NCBI GenBank assembly: GCA_012295275.1
Contig: CM022670.1
Coordinates: forward strand, 26,102,001 to 26,166,000
Origin: Chrysomallon squamiferum
Lineage: Eukaryota; Animalia; Mollusca
Direction: 5' to 3'
Length of the DNA stretch: 64,000 bases
Shown here: piece after piece, positions 26,701 through 42,088 of the stretch
Position numbering within the stretch: position 1 is the stretch's first letter
How the letters are laid out: the number at the start of each line of letters is the position of its first letter
Position numbers and translations under genes: made by a program
Notes under the pieces: model-generated
Seen by the model: only the letters and a program-made list of their open reading frames with translations
The model's database searches: none
Told to the model about the DNA's origin: nothing

Positions 26701-29661
26701 TAGTATGGAAATAAATATATTGTGTACAATATCACTTGTAACAGAAGCAATACAAAATTTTGTTATTCTTGTAGCGGCCTGTTAACAAATCCCTGCCTTT
26801 TATGATGATTATGTAAGAGAATATATATTGCCTTACTGTTAAACTTAGTTGTATATTCTTCATTCGTTCAGTTGTTCATTTATCCATCATTCCATCCATC
26901 CATCCACCCATCCATTCATTCATTCTTTATTCATTTAACATTCATTCATTCTCCAGCTATTCTGAATTCAGTTAATGTATCTATACTGATAGCACTGTTG
27001 TTGATTACATTTTTTTTGGTTCCATTCTTTATGATAAAAAAAATTTGATAACAAAAAGAGTACTAAATAATTTATTTGTTTTGTTGACTGTTAGTGTACC
27101 GAAAAGTCTCCATAGCAAAATCTTGATGCATAAATTATTTCTACATGTAATTTTTCCTTTATCAACTCATTGATTAGCATATGTACGTATTTTGTCATTA
27201 AAAATAAAACAAAAATGTTTGTGAAACATGGCTTCTTTGTTACTGTATCTATGGTATATAAAGAGCTTTTCAGTGTGTATGTGTATTTGTAACAGATTAA
27301 TGTCTGTGCGGATTTTATGCAGATTTCAATGTGTGTGAGTATATAACACATGTTAATAATCAGTTATCTAAATTCAAAAAAAGAAAAACCTTTGAAAATT
27401 ATTTAATTTTTTTTGTTCTTATTTAATGTAATTATAATCATTATACATGTGTGTAGCATAAATTGTAATGTATATAAGTTTTACTGAATATGTAGACAGA
27501 TTGATTGGAGAGACAGATTTAAGACAAACAAAATAATTTATTTTTTAAAATTATTTTATGCAGATTAATGTTATTCAAGTTGTTGAAAATCATGAAGTCT
27601 TCATTACAAATACTAATATGAGAGATACTAAATACTAAAAGGAGTTTATTTCACTCATTCATCTTGGAAATGAGGCATTTTGACTAACAAACCAACAGGA
27701 CAAATAAAGCTCACAAATTATGCTAAACATATATCTTAAGATATCTTGCAGTATGTTGTCATTTCTAGATGTTAGTGTTTGTTATATTTTTCTCAGTATG
27801 GTTTATCAGTTAATACACCTGACATTATGCAGTACATTATACCTTTTGCTTATGGACAAGAGTGAAATCAAATAGAGGCATACTGATCATTACTTCCAAG
27901 GCTTCAGAACAGCCATAGCTTCTGGATCAATCTACAACACATCAGATTTAACTAATAAATGTTTTTATTAAAGTTTAGCTTTGGATTTTGTTTCATTTTT
28001 TAACACAGTCACACACACAAACTATACATTTTTTATTTATTAATATATATTATTTTTCGTAGGCATATGCTCCTGAACTCTTTCTGCTTGACTCCAGTGC
28101 TCTGAACTATGGCAGTGACACAGATTCCAGATCTCAGTCCTCCATGAGACCTGTGCACTTAACTGACCGAGACAGCCCACATGGTCACCGTGGTTACAAC
28201 AGCTTTCGGGATGGATACCGTAGCCCTGGTAACAAAAGTTTCAGAGAAAAAGATGGCTACACTGGAAGAGATAATTATGACAGATATGGTCAATCAGGTA
28301 ATTTTTATTTTTTATTATTTATTTTATTGTTTAAGGAACTAGAGTACAAGGTAATAATTTAGTTTTTATGTATTTATTTGAGGATTTATTTTATTTTATT
28401 TTATTTTATTTTATTTTATTTTATTTATTTATTTATTTATTTTAATTTGTTTGTTTTGTTTCTACATTTATGTTCCTGTTTTTTACTGGTTTATTTTTTC
28501 TTTATTTATTTTGAATTTATGTTTTTATTTAATTTGTTTTATTTATTTTTTTTTTTCATCATTTATTTATTTTATTATTTGTTTACTTATATGTTGTTTC
28601 TTTATTTTATATTTTTCAGTTAAAATTTTATTTTTTTTATCATAAAGTTTTCAGTGTCTTCTTACATGAAAAAAATCTTTTCTCATCTTGATTTTTCAAA
28701 TGGAGTTAAAATTTTCTAGAGGATATCTTATTATTTAATAAAAAAATAAAAAACCCATTAAATTATAAAGTTTGATGAAAATCTCTCTTTATTTTATCAG
28801 AATTTAAAACTTATTTTTTACTGCACCATCTTTTATATCTTTTTTAATGTTCACTAAAAACAGTATACTTAAACAACCATTCTTTAATTTTATCTGTTCA
28901 TTGTTTGTTTTCTTTACATTTCTCTTTTATTACTTTGATTTTTATTTCTCACATTTAAAGAAAAATAATTTATTTATACAATAAACAATTGAAAATTACA
29001 ATAAATAGTATAAACCCATGCCTAAAACATAAAAAAATATAAAAAGATGATTAACAAAATTTTAAAAATTAATAATAATAATAACAAAAATTAACTATGT
29101 AAAATAAAATAAAGTAAATAAATAAATATTCATAAAATTAACATTTAGGATAAAACAGAAATTATATTTTTAAAACAGAAAGCATCTAATCTTATTTTAC
29201 TGTCATTGAAACCATTGTCCATTATTTTCATCTTTTTTTTTTAAATTTTCGAAATCATTTTAAAACATTTTTGAAATCAGTGAGATATATATGTTAAAAA
29301 TTAGGAGGTTTTTTTTTCCCAATATTTTAAAATATTTTTAACTCAAGGACATCTATAAACCTGAAATTTTCATTTGACCATCCCAACTTTTGAGCTGATT
29401 TTAAAATAGTTTTAGAAAGTTCAATATTTCAAAGTAATTTTTGAACCAAATTTTTATTATGTTTGAAATAACTGACATAATTTTTATAGACAAGTGGAGA
29501 AGTCGCTCAAGAAGACCTAAATATGGTGAGTACATGTGTGATGTTTTGCTAGAACAACATACATGTACAAACTGCTCAGCAGTTGATTGGTTTGGGTTTT
29601 ATTTAATCCCTAATCAAAATTTTAACTTGTATTTAACAAAAGGTGCATACAAGCAATATAT

Positions 29662-29716
<55 letters not shown>

Positions 29717-31617
29717 GAGCTTATGTTTAAAATCTAAAAAAAAAGAAAAAAAGAAAAATGCAAACAGCATATAAAGATATGATTAATTATAAGCTTAAGT
29801 AGACTAGTAAGTGGGGTTTTGGGGGTTTTTTTTTTTTTCCATTTGCTGAATTATATGTATAGAACCAATTATTACTTTATAAAAGTTAAATTTAAAAAAT
29901 ATTACAAGTTTATGTTCAGTTATTCATAATTTTTGGCCATATTTTAATATATATATATATCTTTTATCTTAATTCTTTTCATTTTATTATTTTCAGTATA
30001 TAAAATATGAAATTATAATATATTAATACATAATTTATACAGATTTCCATACTATTGCCAATTACTGGTCAAAATTTAAACTACTGCATAATCACTATTT
30101 TAATGATTATAAGCACAAGCCTTTAAGCCTCACAGAGCTTTGTGGTGGTGGCTGCACCATTCTATTTAATGCTATATAATAATAATAATGTACTGATTAT
30201 ATTTGTGTATAATCTAACAGTTTGTTGTGTATTGATAACCACTGGTTTCCCTGATAGCAAGCCTCAACAATCTTCCCATATTCCTTCCCAGCTTCCCTGC
30301 CTCCCATGACCTTCCTTGCAGCTGATGGCTTCAATTTTGCATACAGTTGCCAGTCACATGCATTTAATTAACAAGAATTGTTTACGTTTTTGATAATTCT
30401 CTAACTTGTCACTGTTTTGTGCATGCATGTTTAATATGGAAGTCGCTGATTCTTTCACGTTTTGGAAAATATAATCGTACAACCTGAACAAACAGTGATA
30501 ACAGAAATGGGAGAAGTCAATGTTTGATGTATAACACAAACAGGCAATATAACTCAGTATGATAAAAAAAAAATATTGAACACATACTTATTAGAAAGTT
30601 TACAGACACACTGAAAAATGTAGAGTACTAAGGATTAGCAACTTTTGTTTGAAATTTTAAAATCTTTCTAGTCTTTCTTGCAAAAAGTAATGAATTTTCA
30701 TGCTTTCTTGCAAATGTTAATTTAATAACAGGCTTGTTTCACAAAAATTTATTTCCTTTCATAAGCTTTTTAGCAAAAGTTTATTCTGTTTGATAGGCTT
30801 TTTTGCAATAATGTATTCCCTTTCATAGTGTTTTATTAAAAAAATTCATTTTAAAATAGCTTTTATTGTAAAATATAGTTTTCTTTAAATACTATTTTGT
30901 AATAACTGACTCCCTATATTGCCCACCTTGTAAATATTAGTTTCTTTTCATAGTCTTTTATGAAAATATCAGTTCTTTGAAAAGTAATTCCTTAGCATAG
31001 TAGGCAGTCATGTAGAAAGAGTTAATTTTCTTTAAACAGTTGTAAAAGTCATTTCCCATTATAGTCATTATTTTAAACATTCATGCCTGCACAGGCTTTC
31101 ATATAAAAGGATTTTTCTAAAAGACTATACTTTGTAGAAAAGTTATTTCCTTTAGCAGGCTTTAAAGTAAAGGTTACTTCCCTTAATAGACTTTCTTAAA
31201 ACAGTTATTTCCCTTAATAGTCTTCCTTATAAAAATTCTTCTTGGAAATGTGGTATTCCCTTCAAAGTCTTTTAGGATTAATATATTTTAGTAAACACTT
31301 CATTCCCTTTACAAACATTATTATAATAAATAAATGCCATATAAATCCTAAAATGCAACCATTTTCCCATCAGTGCACATAAAAGCATCAGCTTGGTGAT
31401 TTTATTTATTACCAGCTTTATTTTTGGCAGTGTTTCTAACCAAATTTGATTTAATGTGCTTGATGTGCAGTTTTGAAGTATAACTAATAGAAGAAATAAA
31501 TGATTTTTTTTTTTTTTAAACATATATATATGCATAGATAAGATATACAAAATAAAAATTAAAATTAAAACTTGTGTAACTATAAAAACAATAATAAAAC
31601 AGTTAAATAAATAAATT

Positions 31618-31650
<33 letters not shown>

Positions 31651-32145
31651 AAAAATTGAAATATTTATGATGAAATTTTTTTACAAAAAATAATTGTAAT
31701 AGGCTAAGATTTATTTACTCTATGCAAATAAATACTAGAAATCCAAGTTGTAAAATATAACACAACAAGACCATCATTATATTTTAGACATGTACTAAAT
31801 CAGTATTGAAATTCAAAGCTTTTCAGCCAACAAGTGTCAGTGTATGTTAGTTCATCACCTTTGATTTTTATTTCTATTGTCTAATTTTTAAGTAATTTTT
31901 CAGCTCTAATTATTATGAATATTTACCTTTATTTTGAAACGTAATTAATTTTAATTTTAATTTTAATTAGTTTATTATTTTTTTTTTTTGACTTATTTAG
32001 TTTGACAATATCATAACCCTGCTTTGGCATTGGTGTTTATAATATTATATCTTAAATCTAAAATAAAAATTCTTTAAACTGTAACATCAACATCAACAAC
32101 AACAACAGCAACAACAATATTGATGATAATAATAATAAGAACAAC

Positions 32146-32201
<56 letters not shown>

Positions 32202-35200
32202 TAATAATAATAGTATACAAAATTAAAACTAAAACAAAATAAAAAATTATACTTATCATACTTACATAATTTTATTTAGATTAATTTCAAGCACAATTAA
32301 TCCTTTTATTTTATCAACTAACCTATCATTATTGTTTTGTTTATATTAATTTTAAGTTTTAAATTTACTAACTCTGATTCTTACCTTATAATCTAGTGAC
32401 GGCACTAACACCCACAATGCATTTCTGCACTGCTGTTTCCTGCACTGCTGTATGTCTCTGAGAATTATAATCCTGACTCACTCTGTGGTTTTGGTTGAGT
32501 TTATGGCTTTCTGGTTGTTGGTGGATTTAACAAATGTTATAAAAATAATTAAACAACTAATAAAGTGTTCTTTTTAATTTCAAAAGAGTGGGTAAGAATG
32601 AATGATAGTTGTATTAAAATTGAATTAAAAATTAGTAATATTAAATAAATAAATAATACTTTTTTGACAAAATTAAATAGTAATAGAAACAGTTATAACT
32701 GTGAGAGATGTGATATAAAATTAAACAACAATAATAATGTTGAACAAAAGGTTTAAGTAAATTATTCTTAAATACTAATGTTAAAATTTTTAATAATTTT
32801 TGTAATTATGAAAGAATTAATACATACAAAATATTATTATTAATAAAACAAATAATTTTGAAGCAAATGTACTCTTAAATAGAAACAAAAATTAGCATTT
32901 TTAAACATTCATTAAAATTAAAAATAAAATAAAATTATAAAAAAAACTTAACTAAGTTTACTTCCCTGGTGTTATTTGGATTAGTAAATTTTGGAAATTG
33001 TATAACAGAAAAACAGAGCAAAAAAACTATTTATAATTACTGAGTGTGTTTTGTGTTTTTTATTTTAGATTAAAAATTAATTTTGCTAAAACAAACTTAA
33101 AGTTAATTTACTTAATTTTAAATTTAATTTAATCTTTAATTACAATTTGAACTTAATTTGATTTAATTTAGAAACAGCCTTTATTTAGTTAAAATTTACC
33201 TTTAATTTACTTTGAACTACATCATTATTACTGTTCTAATGAAGTAAATTTTTAATTACAAATTCCACAACCAGAAAGTCAGAAGAAAGTAACATTAGTG
33301 TCTTTCAGCAGTCTCTCTTAGTCTCTTTATTTTCATCATTCTCTCATAGGTGAGCCCGACCACCAGAGAATTCAAAATAGTCAAACCGATCGCAGTGGAG
33401 ATAGGTCATCCCCCTACAAACACAACACCCCACTCCCCAAAATTAACCCTGCATCACCTTCAGAAAGTCGTGGTCATTCCCCCGAGCTCCACCAAAATAG
33501 TAAATGGGACTCGAATGCGGCTAATCGGAGACCGAGACATGACCAGAGTGGCAGGTGGGACTCAGACCGCACTGCGGCGTCCGAGTCCCAGGGTCCTCAC
33601 TCTGACCGGTCAGACAGGTCGTACGGCCAGAGAGAGCCGCACAGTCCCAAACCCACACACAGTGATAAATATAATACAAAATTTCCAGATGACAGATACG
33701 AAGAAGTTCAGTGCAGGGAAAACCCACAAGAGACTCCCCGCAGAGACAAGCATCAGCCCTACCTAGAAAAAGTGCCTTATGACTCTGAGAAAGCTCCCCC
33801 TAACGTAGATAGGTATGACGACCATGATGGGAAGGATAGATATGATAAGTATCACAAAGGTGAAAGTGAGCCCGAGCAGGACAGTTACCGTGACGCTGCC
33901 CATCCCGATAAAGCCCCGCCTTCCCCCACAGACCGGTCCCGGCGCAGTAGTAAGAGTAAAAGCCATTATGGTCCCCAGTCAACATCATACACAACAAACA
34001 CCAATGAAGACTCCGGTATTGCAGAGCTCAGCCCAGACGACCACTACAGGGGGAACCGTGACAACTACAATGAAGAAAATGAAAGGTATGTAGGAGGAGT
34101 AGTAGTAGTAGTAGTAGTAGCATTTTCATCATACTTTAGAATGATGATTGTTATTTTATCATTTTATTTCATATGTGAAGTAATAATATAGAATAAAGAA
34201 AATGAGTATTAAATTAAAGGGAAGTATATATGTAAGGAATTTAAAAGAAGGTAGATAACTCCAAGAAAATTCAGGGGAGGCAATAACAAGACAGTTAAAG
34301 GGAGAAGATCCTCAAGTTATCTGGAGATCTGACGAATATTGTAACTTAGAGAAGTTCTGTAAGTTAACAGTACTAAATCATTATGTATTTTATAGATAAT
34401 AATTTGACTTATTATTCTTTCATTTATTTATTTATTTAAATACTTGCATAACTTAAGTTTATATGTCCATACTGTCTAAAAATTATCATTATTTAAAGTT
34501 TTAAAGCCAATAATTGTAAATAACTGCATGATTTACAGTAAGGTTAGAAGGAAAAAGAAAAAAAGAAAAAACAAGACTAAAAAAGGAAAAAAAGTTGTGT
34601 GAGTTATTATTGTAGACTGAGTAGACCTCTACAGAAAAACATATAAAAGTTAATACCTGAACATGTGTGGTATTCTGTAGTTATATATTCATAATAATAG
34701 TTACAACAATACAGTAATATAACATAATAAAACTTTATAAAATAAGTTATGGGCCAAAAGTCACAGTAAGATTTTATTTTATTACAATGTTTAAAATGTT
34801 TAATAGTATTTGTTTTTCACATGTATTCATATTCATCTTAAATTCTTTTATTTATTTATATTTATACAACTAAAAGTTAATTAATGAAAAACAATGATGA
34901 TAGAGCATAGATGCACAGATTATATGAAACATGCTTAAGAATGTATATGGTGGGCCAAAAGTCATAACAGAAATCATGAGTTTTATAAAATATGTATCCA
35001 ATTGTTTTTATTTTTTCATTATGTTCTTATTCATTTTTATTTCTAAAAGGATTAAGCAAACATTCCAAAAAAAAAAAAAAAAAAAAAAAAGATTAAAATT
35101 AAATAAATAATTAGAAAAAAATAATTATAAGATAATCAAACCTGAATTTGACATTTGGCCTACTTTTAAATACAGCTCCCTTTGGTGAGATAAAAATATC

Positions 35201-38200
35201 TAAAATGTCAGAATGTCAGAATAGTCTAAGTTTTGAGAAGTTAGCTAAATTGTAATAGCTTCAGTGTTTTTTAAATTGTTTTTAGTTTTCACCTTGTGCT
35301 TTCCACTGTTTTGAAAATTTATTGTTAAATATTTTTTTTAAGAAGAATTGAAAAATATCAATGAAAAGTAAAACAAGTTTTGTGATTAGTCAAAAATTTG
35401 AATATTTTTTTTTTTATTTAGAGAAAACAATAACAACATTGTTAGAGAGTATATTTATAGTGAAAATGTTAAATTTATTTAGTATAGATCAGTGAATGTT
35501 TTAACACATATATATAATTATATATTTACTGGTTTGTAAAATTAATTAGTTTAAATAACTTTGCTATTTTAATATTGTCCTTTAAGTTTCCAAATGTCAG
35601 TATACCCCAATTATTATTCTTTATAAATTAAAATGTTAACTTTTTAATTATATATATATACAATAGTTAAGAACTAATATATACTTTTTTTAGAATAGAT
35701 ATTTATTTAAAAACAATAACAAACAAAAACGAAACCTAGTAGAGAGAGTAAATGTTAAATATATTTAGTGAAAAATAGAGAACTTTCAAACTAATATGAC
35801 ATTTAAACAGAATTAAAAAATAAATAAAAAAAAAAAAAATAAAACAAAACAAAATGAAATTAAAAAAATAAAACAAAACAAAAACAATAAATAAAAAAAA
35901 TAAATAATAATAAAAAAAATCAATAAAAATCAAAATGAAAGAGGATGTCCTTTCAGATTTAAGAATATATTGCACCTATAAATTTCAAAAAATCTTTTCA
36001 AAATTTAAAATACAAAATAAAAATAAAAATAAGGAAAAAATTATTTTGCAGAAGTGATTATTATGTAAGACATATTAAAGAATAAAATTAGAATATATTA
36101 ATTTATTTGGTTAGAATTTTTTTTTATATAATTTCAACTGGCATAAAAATAATTGTAATAAAAATAAAAATATACTGCTGTTTTTGTTTTCAAATGTGTT
36201 TTTTCTTTTGTATATAAATAACTGGTTAAATAAATCAATTTATAAGTGAATAAAATTAATTATATATAAATAAATTGGTAGATAAATAAATATATGCAAA
36301 TTAGAGACAACAGAAACAAGAAGTTAAAAATAATAAAACAATTTTAAAACAATTTAACATTATCTCTGATAACATTTAATTAGTAATTTATAAAGTGCTT
36401 TCTTCAGTGTGCAGCAGTTTAAAAAGCATTTGCTTTTGGCAGTAAATATTTCTTTTAATTTATGTTTAATTTAATTTTTATATTTAAATTTATTATAGTA
36501 ATTTTAGCTAGTCCAGTGTTTGGAATTGTTTAGCTTTTATTAATTTAAGCATTTCTTTATTGAAGTAGTCATTTAAAAATATGTATTTATTTGTTTATTT
36601 TTATTTATTTCTTGCCTTATTTCATGTTTGTAAGAATTATATTTCAAGATCATGTTTTCAGTTTAAAATCTTTGGTAAATATAACTATAGTGCAGTTAAT
36701 GAAAATATAATGTTCATATTTTAAATAACAATATTTCAGATTATTAAAAGATAAATATGAATTACTTAGATATGGTGATGTTCTTAATTTTATTATATTG
36801 ATAACTATTATTATTAGTTTTTATTACTTGATTTATTATATTTTTGTTATTGTTTTCTTATTCATTATTATTAATATTGTTATACTATTATCATTAGAGT
36901 AACTATCATATTATTATTATTATATGCCATACATGGAGAACTATAAAATAAACCGGAAGCAGATTTTGTATGTGTGTTTATACTGATAGTGTTACTATTA
37001 AACCAATAAGCTAGTTACGTAAATACAGAACTGTACAACAGTTTGCTCATCTGCATTTCACAGTTCATTTGGTTTGTTAATATTTAATTAACAGAAAGTA
37101 AAAGTCAACAGAGCCTGTAGAAGGAATAATTATTATTTTTTTCATTTAAAGCTAGTCAAAATGTTTTTAATAAAGTTTTAAAATGACAGTAACATATAAG
37201 TCACCAACAGTTTTACTTTTCACAATTTAATATTAATAAATTCCACTGTACTTAAAAATAAATTACAAATATAATATTATATTGATTCTAGGCTCTTTGT
37301 TTATATTCTGGACTGATTCTTCAAATACTAATGTACTTCTTAACCATAGTAACCTATAGATACGACATATTTTGTCAATCAATGTATTGAAAATAACTTT
37401 TTGGTCTGTCAAGTAATCTATTTGTTCTATAATTTTTTCTGTTTTATGGAAACTAGTGTAAATTTTATAAAACCAATTTGGTTGTATTAATTTGCTGTTA
37501 AGTAATTATTTTGTTCTGTCATTAAGTAATCTGCTTATTTTAAATATTATGTTTAAAGATTTAAGGTAAGATTATATAGCATAGTTATTATAGATCTGAT
37601 TTTTTTTTTTTTTATCTTATTAGTATAGTTAAAAAACTGTAACATCTTATTTTCTTGTTTCATTACTATTCTCAAACTGATATTTTTGTATTTATAAAAA
37701 AACACATATAGTTTTGACTGTTTTTATGTTTCTTAAATTGTTGAATAATGTCAGCAACACAACAGAAGAAATCCTGTATTGGCTTAATAATGATTTTATT
37801 TATTTATTAACTTATTTATTTGCATACAGATTTAAAGCACATGCTAGTGAGGATTAGATGAAATATATTAAATGATTTGTTTAGAAATGGACATATTGTT
37901 ATAATATTATCTGATTTGATGATATGGTGTGTTCTTGCTCATTACATTTGGCTTTTATTTTCGGTACTCTTAGGGTACATTTCATTTACCTGTGAAAATT
38001 TTGTGTGCGAGTTAACTGTATAATAAGAATGTTCCTTTAATTCTCATTTCTTTTTTTTTTTTACAGATTTTTATATAATCAAGAAAATAATATATATGTA
38101 TTATTTAAATAAACAGTGGTATTCCAATATTTTACAAAAATTCAAACTCTCCATTTTGCAGACGGCGGCGAGATTTACAAAATCGACTCAACAGAGACCG

Positions 38201-41200
38201 AATTGATCCTGACGAAGATGACTACTTAGTTGATCAGTACCGATTTGAGGACATGGCTGATCGTGATCTGATCGATCGCGAACGCTTTGAGCGAGATGAT
38301 GATTATCGACGTCAGTGGGTAGAAGAAGAGAAGAGAAAACGAGAGGAAGAGCGAAGGAGGAAGGAAGATGGTCGGTATGGACGGGACAGAGACCAGGACC
38401 AGGACCAGGACAGGGACAGGTCTCATGACCGAGATCGGTCACCAGAGAGGAACAGAAACAAATATGATGAAAATGGCAAAAAAGTGGAACGGACTGCATC
38501 AGATGATGTAAGCAAATATATTCTCATATTAATTATTATGATAGTAATTAAGAAATTATTATATTAATTATTATAATAATAATTAAGAAATTCCTATGTC
38601 AAGTAATTGTTATATTATTTATTATAATAATAATTAGGAAATTCTTATATTAGTTATTATAAAAATAATCAATTTTGGAAACTCTTATATCAAATAACTG
38701 TTATAATAGTATTTAAAGGTTTTTTTTATATTAATTATTATGAAAGTAATTAAGAAATTTTTATAGAATTTCATGAGGAGTGTATTGAATAAAGGTCAGA
38801 AACTGAAATATTGATGTTATTTGAAATATTGCTTTTTTTTATTATAAATACTAATTTACACTATCTTCAAAAATTCACAATAAATATATGTTCTATATAA
38901 CATGTTTATGATTTACAAACACATATTATATTGTTATTTCTTCACTTTACTGTAGGAACTGGCTCGATACCCTTCACCCCCAGAACTCAGAATGCAATCA
39001 CCTCTACAGACAGAGAGACTGACAGGATCAGCAAGACAAAGAAAGAAAGAAGAAAGTAAGTTGTTTTTGCCCTTAAAAATCAGCTAGATACTGGCTGTGT
39101 CTTTAAGCATGAGCCATGGCTGGTATACTGTTTTTGAAAAATGTGGAGCTGGGATGTTATTAATGTTTTGTCAGGTATTTAGCGTTTTAAAAATGTGGAG
39201 TTTGGATGCTGTTCTGTCAGATATTTAGCTTTTATTAAATGTTGGAGTTGGGTATCCAATTGTTTTACAACTTTGCAGATAGATATTGCTTATATTTTTT
39301 CTACAGCAGCCATCATTTTGTAACATAAATGTTTTTGTAATTTATACTGGTATGTTATGATTACTGGTTAAAAGACACATTAAAGACATGTTTAATCTGG
39401 TGTGTAGAGGAGAGGCTGATGAAAGAACTGGAGGAGGCAAAAGAGTCCCGGAAGCACACAGAAAAAGAGAGAGAGGAGCTGGTGAAGAAAGCCAAACAGT
39501 TACAGAACAAGACACAGAACAGAAGGAATCATGGTGAGTGGATCACTTTCATTGGGTTTTTTTTTCTATTCCAACTAATCCTCTATGATGGTGCATAAAA
39601 TTGTCAATGCTTGTTAACTGTTAGGATATGAAGTGGATTGTCTGCTTAGGTTTTATTGTTAAAATTATTTTAAAATTATACCTAGCAATACATAAGCCAA
39701 AAATTCTATGGTTTTATTTAACAAACTACATTTTTTTTTTTTTTTCGAATTTGAAAAAGATTTTGGTTAATAATAATTATTTTCTGGAATAAGAAGAAAA
39801 AAAAAGAAGGAAAAAAAGGAAATACAGAATGAAAAAAAGAAAACAGAAGACCAAAGAACAATAACACAGAACACAACTTTATTTAAACCCAATTCAATAT
39901 ACAACAGACCAAAAGGAATGTTTATAATCAATTTTAATTATAAATATTATATTAATAATAATAAATACCTAAATATATAAAATGTATATCTGTTATATAT
40001 ATTTATTTACAATAACTTCTGTCTTTCTGATCCAAGGAAATGTTTAACTACTCTACAAATATTTAAATCTTGTTATTTCAGCCCGGGACATTTGGAAAAA
40101 GAAATATTTTGAAGAGAAAAAGAAAACACCACCACTTGAAGAACAGATGAACCGTTTAAGACATGAACTGGACAATGTCCACCGCAAGCTAATGTCCACT
40201 CTAGAGGGTCCCAAGGAGAAGAATGTCAGATTTGGAGATACAAAACCATCATTAAAAGTAAATTTATCTTTGGCACTGTCATAGGAGAACTGTTAGACTC
40301 ATTTAACCTATGTTACATTGAAAATCAGTTTTAATTTTTATCCATAATTAGGATTTGATACACTGGACAATGAGAAACAAGAATCTGAAAATGTGTCACA
40401 TCAGCTAGCTTTGACAAAAACGGTTAATTTCAAAGTGCAATATTTTCTAAACACCAAATCCAAATATTTATCACTCCTATAATGACAAACATTACAACAA
40501 TCTGAAACGTAGGGGTTAGATTTTAATTTATGTTGGCTAATCTAACACAGAATTGTTTAAATTTTGAAATAAATACATTTAAAGATTCAGCTGAAAAAAA
40601 AGAATGATATTTTATATGAAGAATTTAGATTTTTTAATCAAATCTGATTGTATAGACTTAAATTTAGAAACTTCAACAATGTCTGTCTTGCACAAACGCA
40701 ATTCCTGGTGACTGAATATACAGGTAAAGTCAACAGTTTCAACAGAAATACAGCAAATATTTATTTTATTTATTTGTATTTTTGTTTGATGTTTTGTTTG
40801 CAGAATAACTATGTTATCCAGTGTACAAGGTTACAACATGAAATTGAAGATTTAAGACGAAGAGTAGAAAATGCCAAGATGAAACTAACAGCAGAAATGA
40901 AGGTAAGTTTTTACCCAGCTTTTACAGTCTGCCTGGTCTACTTTTTATTTTTATTATTTTTTAATTTAATTTTTAGTTTAAAATTACATAAATCATAATT
41001 CATTCTTTTTCAAACTGATTTTTGTAAATTTTAGTTTGAGTTAATGGAAAGAACACAACCATTTTAATACTAATATTTTTTTTATTAGCTTTATGCTTTT
41101 TGTGTACTAAAATAGCATTAACCTTCCTGTCACATTTATTTACAATTAAAAAAAAAAAAAAATTACCTTGGCTTGCAATGAAAATTGTATTATCAGAAAT

Positions 41201-41957
41201 ATATTGTCATAAAATATATATAGCCAAACCTGCATGCTTTCATATCAGCATTCTCGTGGCAATTATGGCATGTGGTCATTTGAATAATTTCTAAATTTGA
41301 CTTTAAGAAGACAAAAAGCAAAAAGAAATGAAAATTACATTTTATTTTAGGCAGAACAACATAGACAGGATGGATACTAGGGGGAGTCTAGTTTCAGAAG
41401 CTGACTTGGGTGTGTGGTAGTTGACTAACTGATTTGACTCAAATTAGCACAAAAACTTTATTCAGAATTTTATTTTTTTTCCTCATTGGTGTGCAGTGGT
41501 TTTTCAAAGTGCACATTCTTCTGCACCATGATTTTATACTTCTCAAATCCTTAAAATTCTTGAAATTTTTAACTGAATTTTGAGTAATCTTAATTGAAAT
41601 AACGAAAATGGAAATAAGGGGTAATGTTTTTGTAAACTCCTCCCATAAATATGACTGTTGTAATTATAATGCTATTGTAAATGAAATAAACGTATAAACA
41701 GAGAGAAATTAAAATTGAAATTATAAAAACAACAACAACAAACCAAACAAAAAATAAATCATATAAAAATTTTCCAGCAGAAAACATGTAACTGTTATCA
41801 TTTAAGTGTTGCTCAAAACACTGAATATTAAAAATATAATTATTGTTAAATTCATTATCTCTTTATATTGTTACAAATCTAAAATTCTCAATTAAAAATT
41901 ACCAAAATGAATTTAAAATTTTATAATGTTGTTATAATTAATAACTTGACTGGATAA

Positions 41958-41992
<35 letters not shown>

Positions 41993-42041
41993 ATACATAC
42001 ATACATATATAAATAAATAAATACATACATACATACATACA

Positions 42042-42088
<47 letters not shown>

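Noticed and set aside
33350-34093. Overlapping ORFs in other frames and on the minus strand (138, 92, 68, 67 and 65 aa)
   Set aside because: Shadows of the GC-rich SPATA1 exon; only the 33352 frame fits the splice phases
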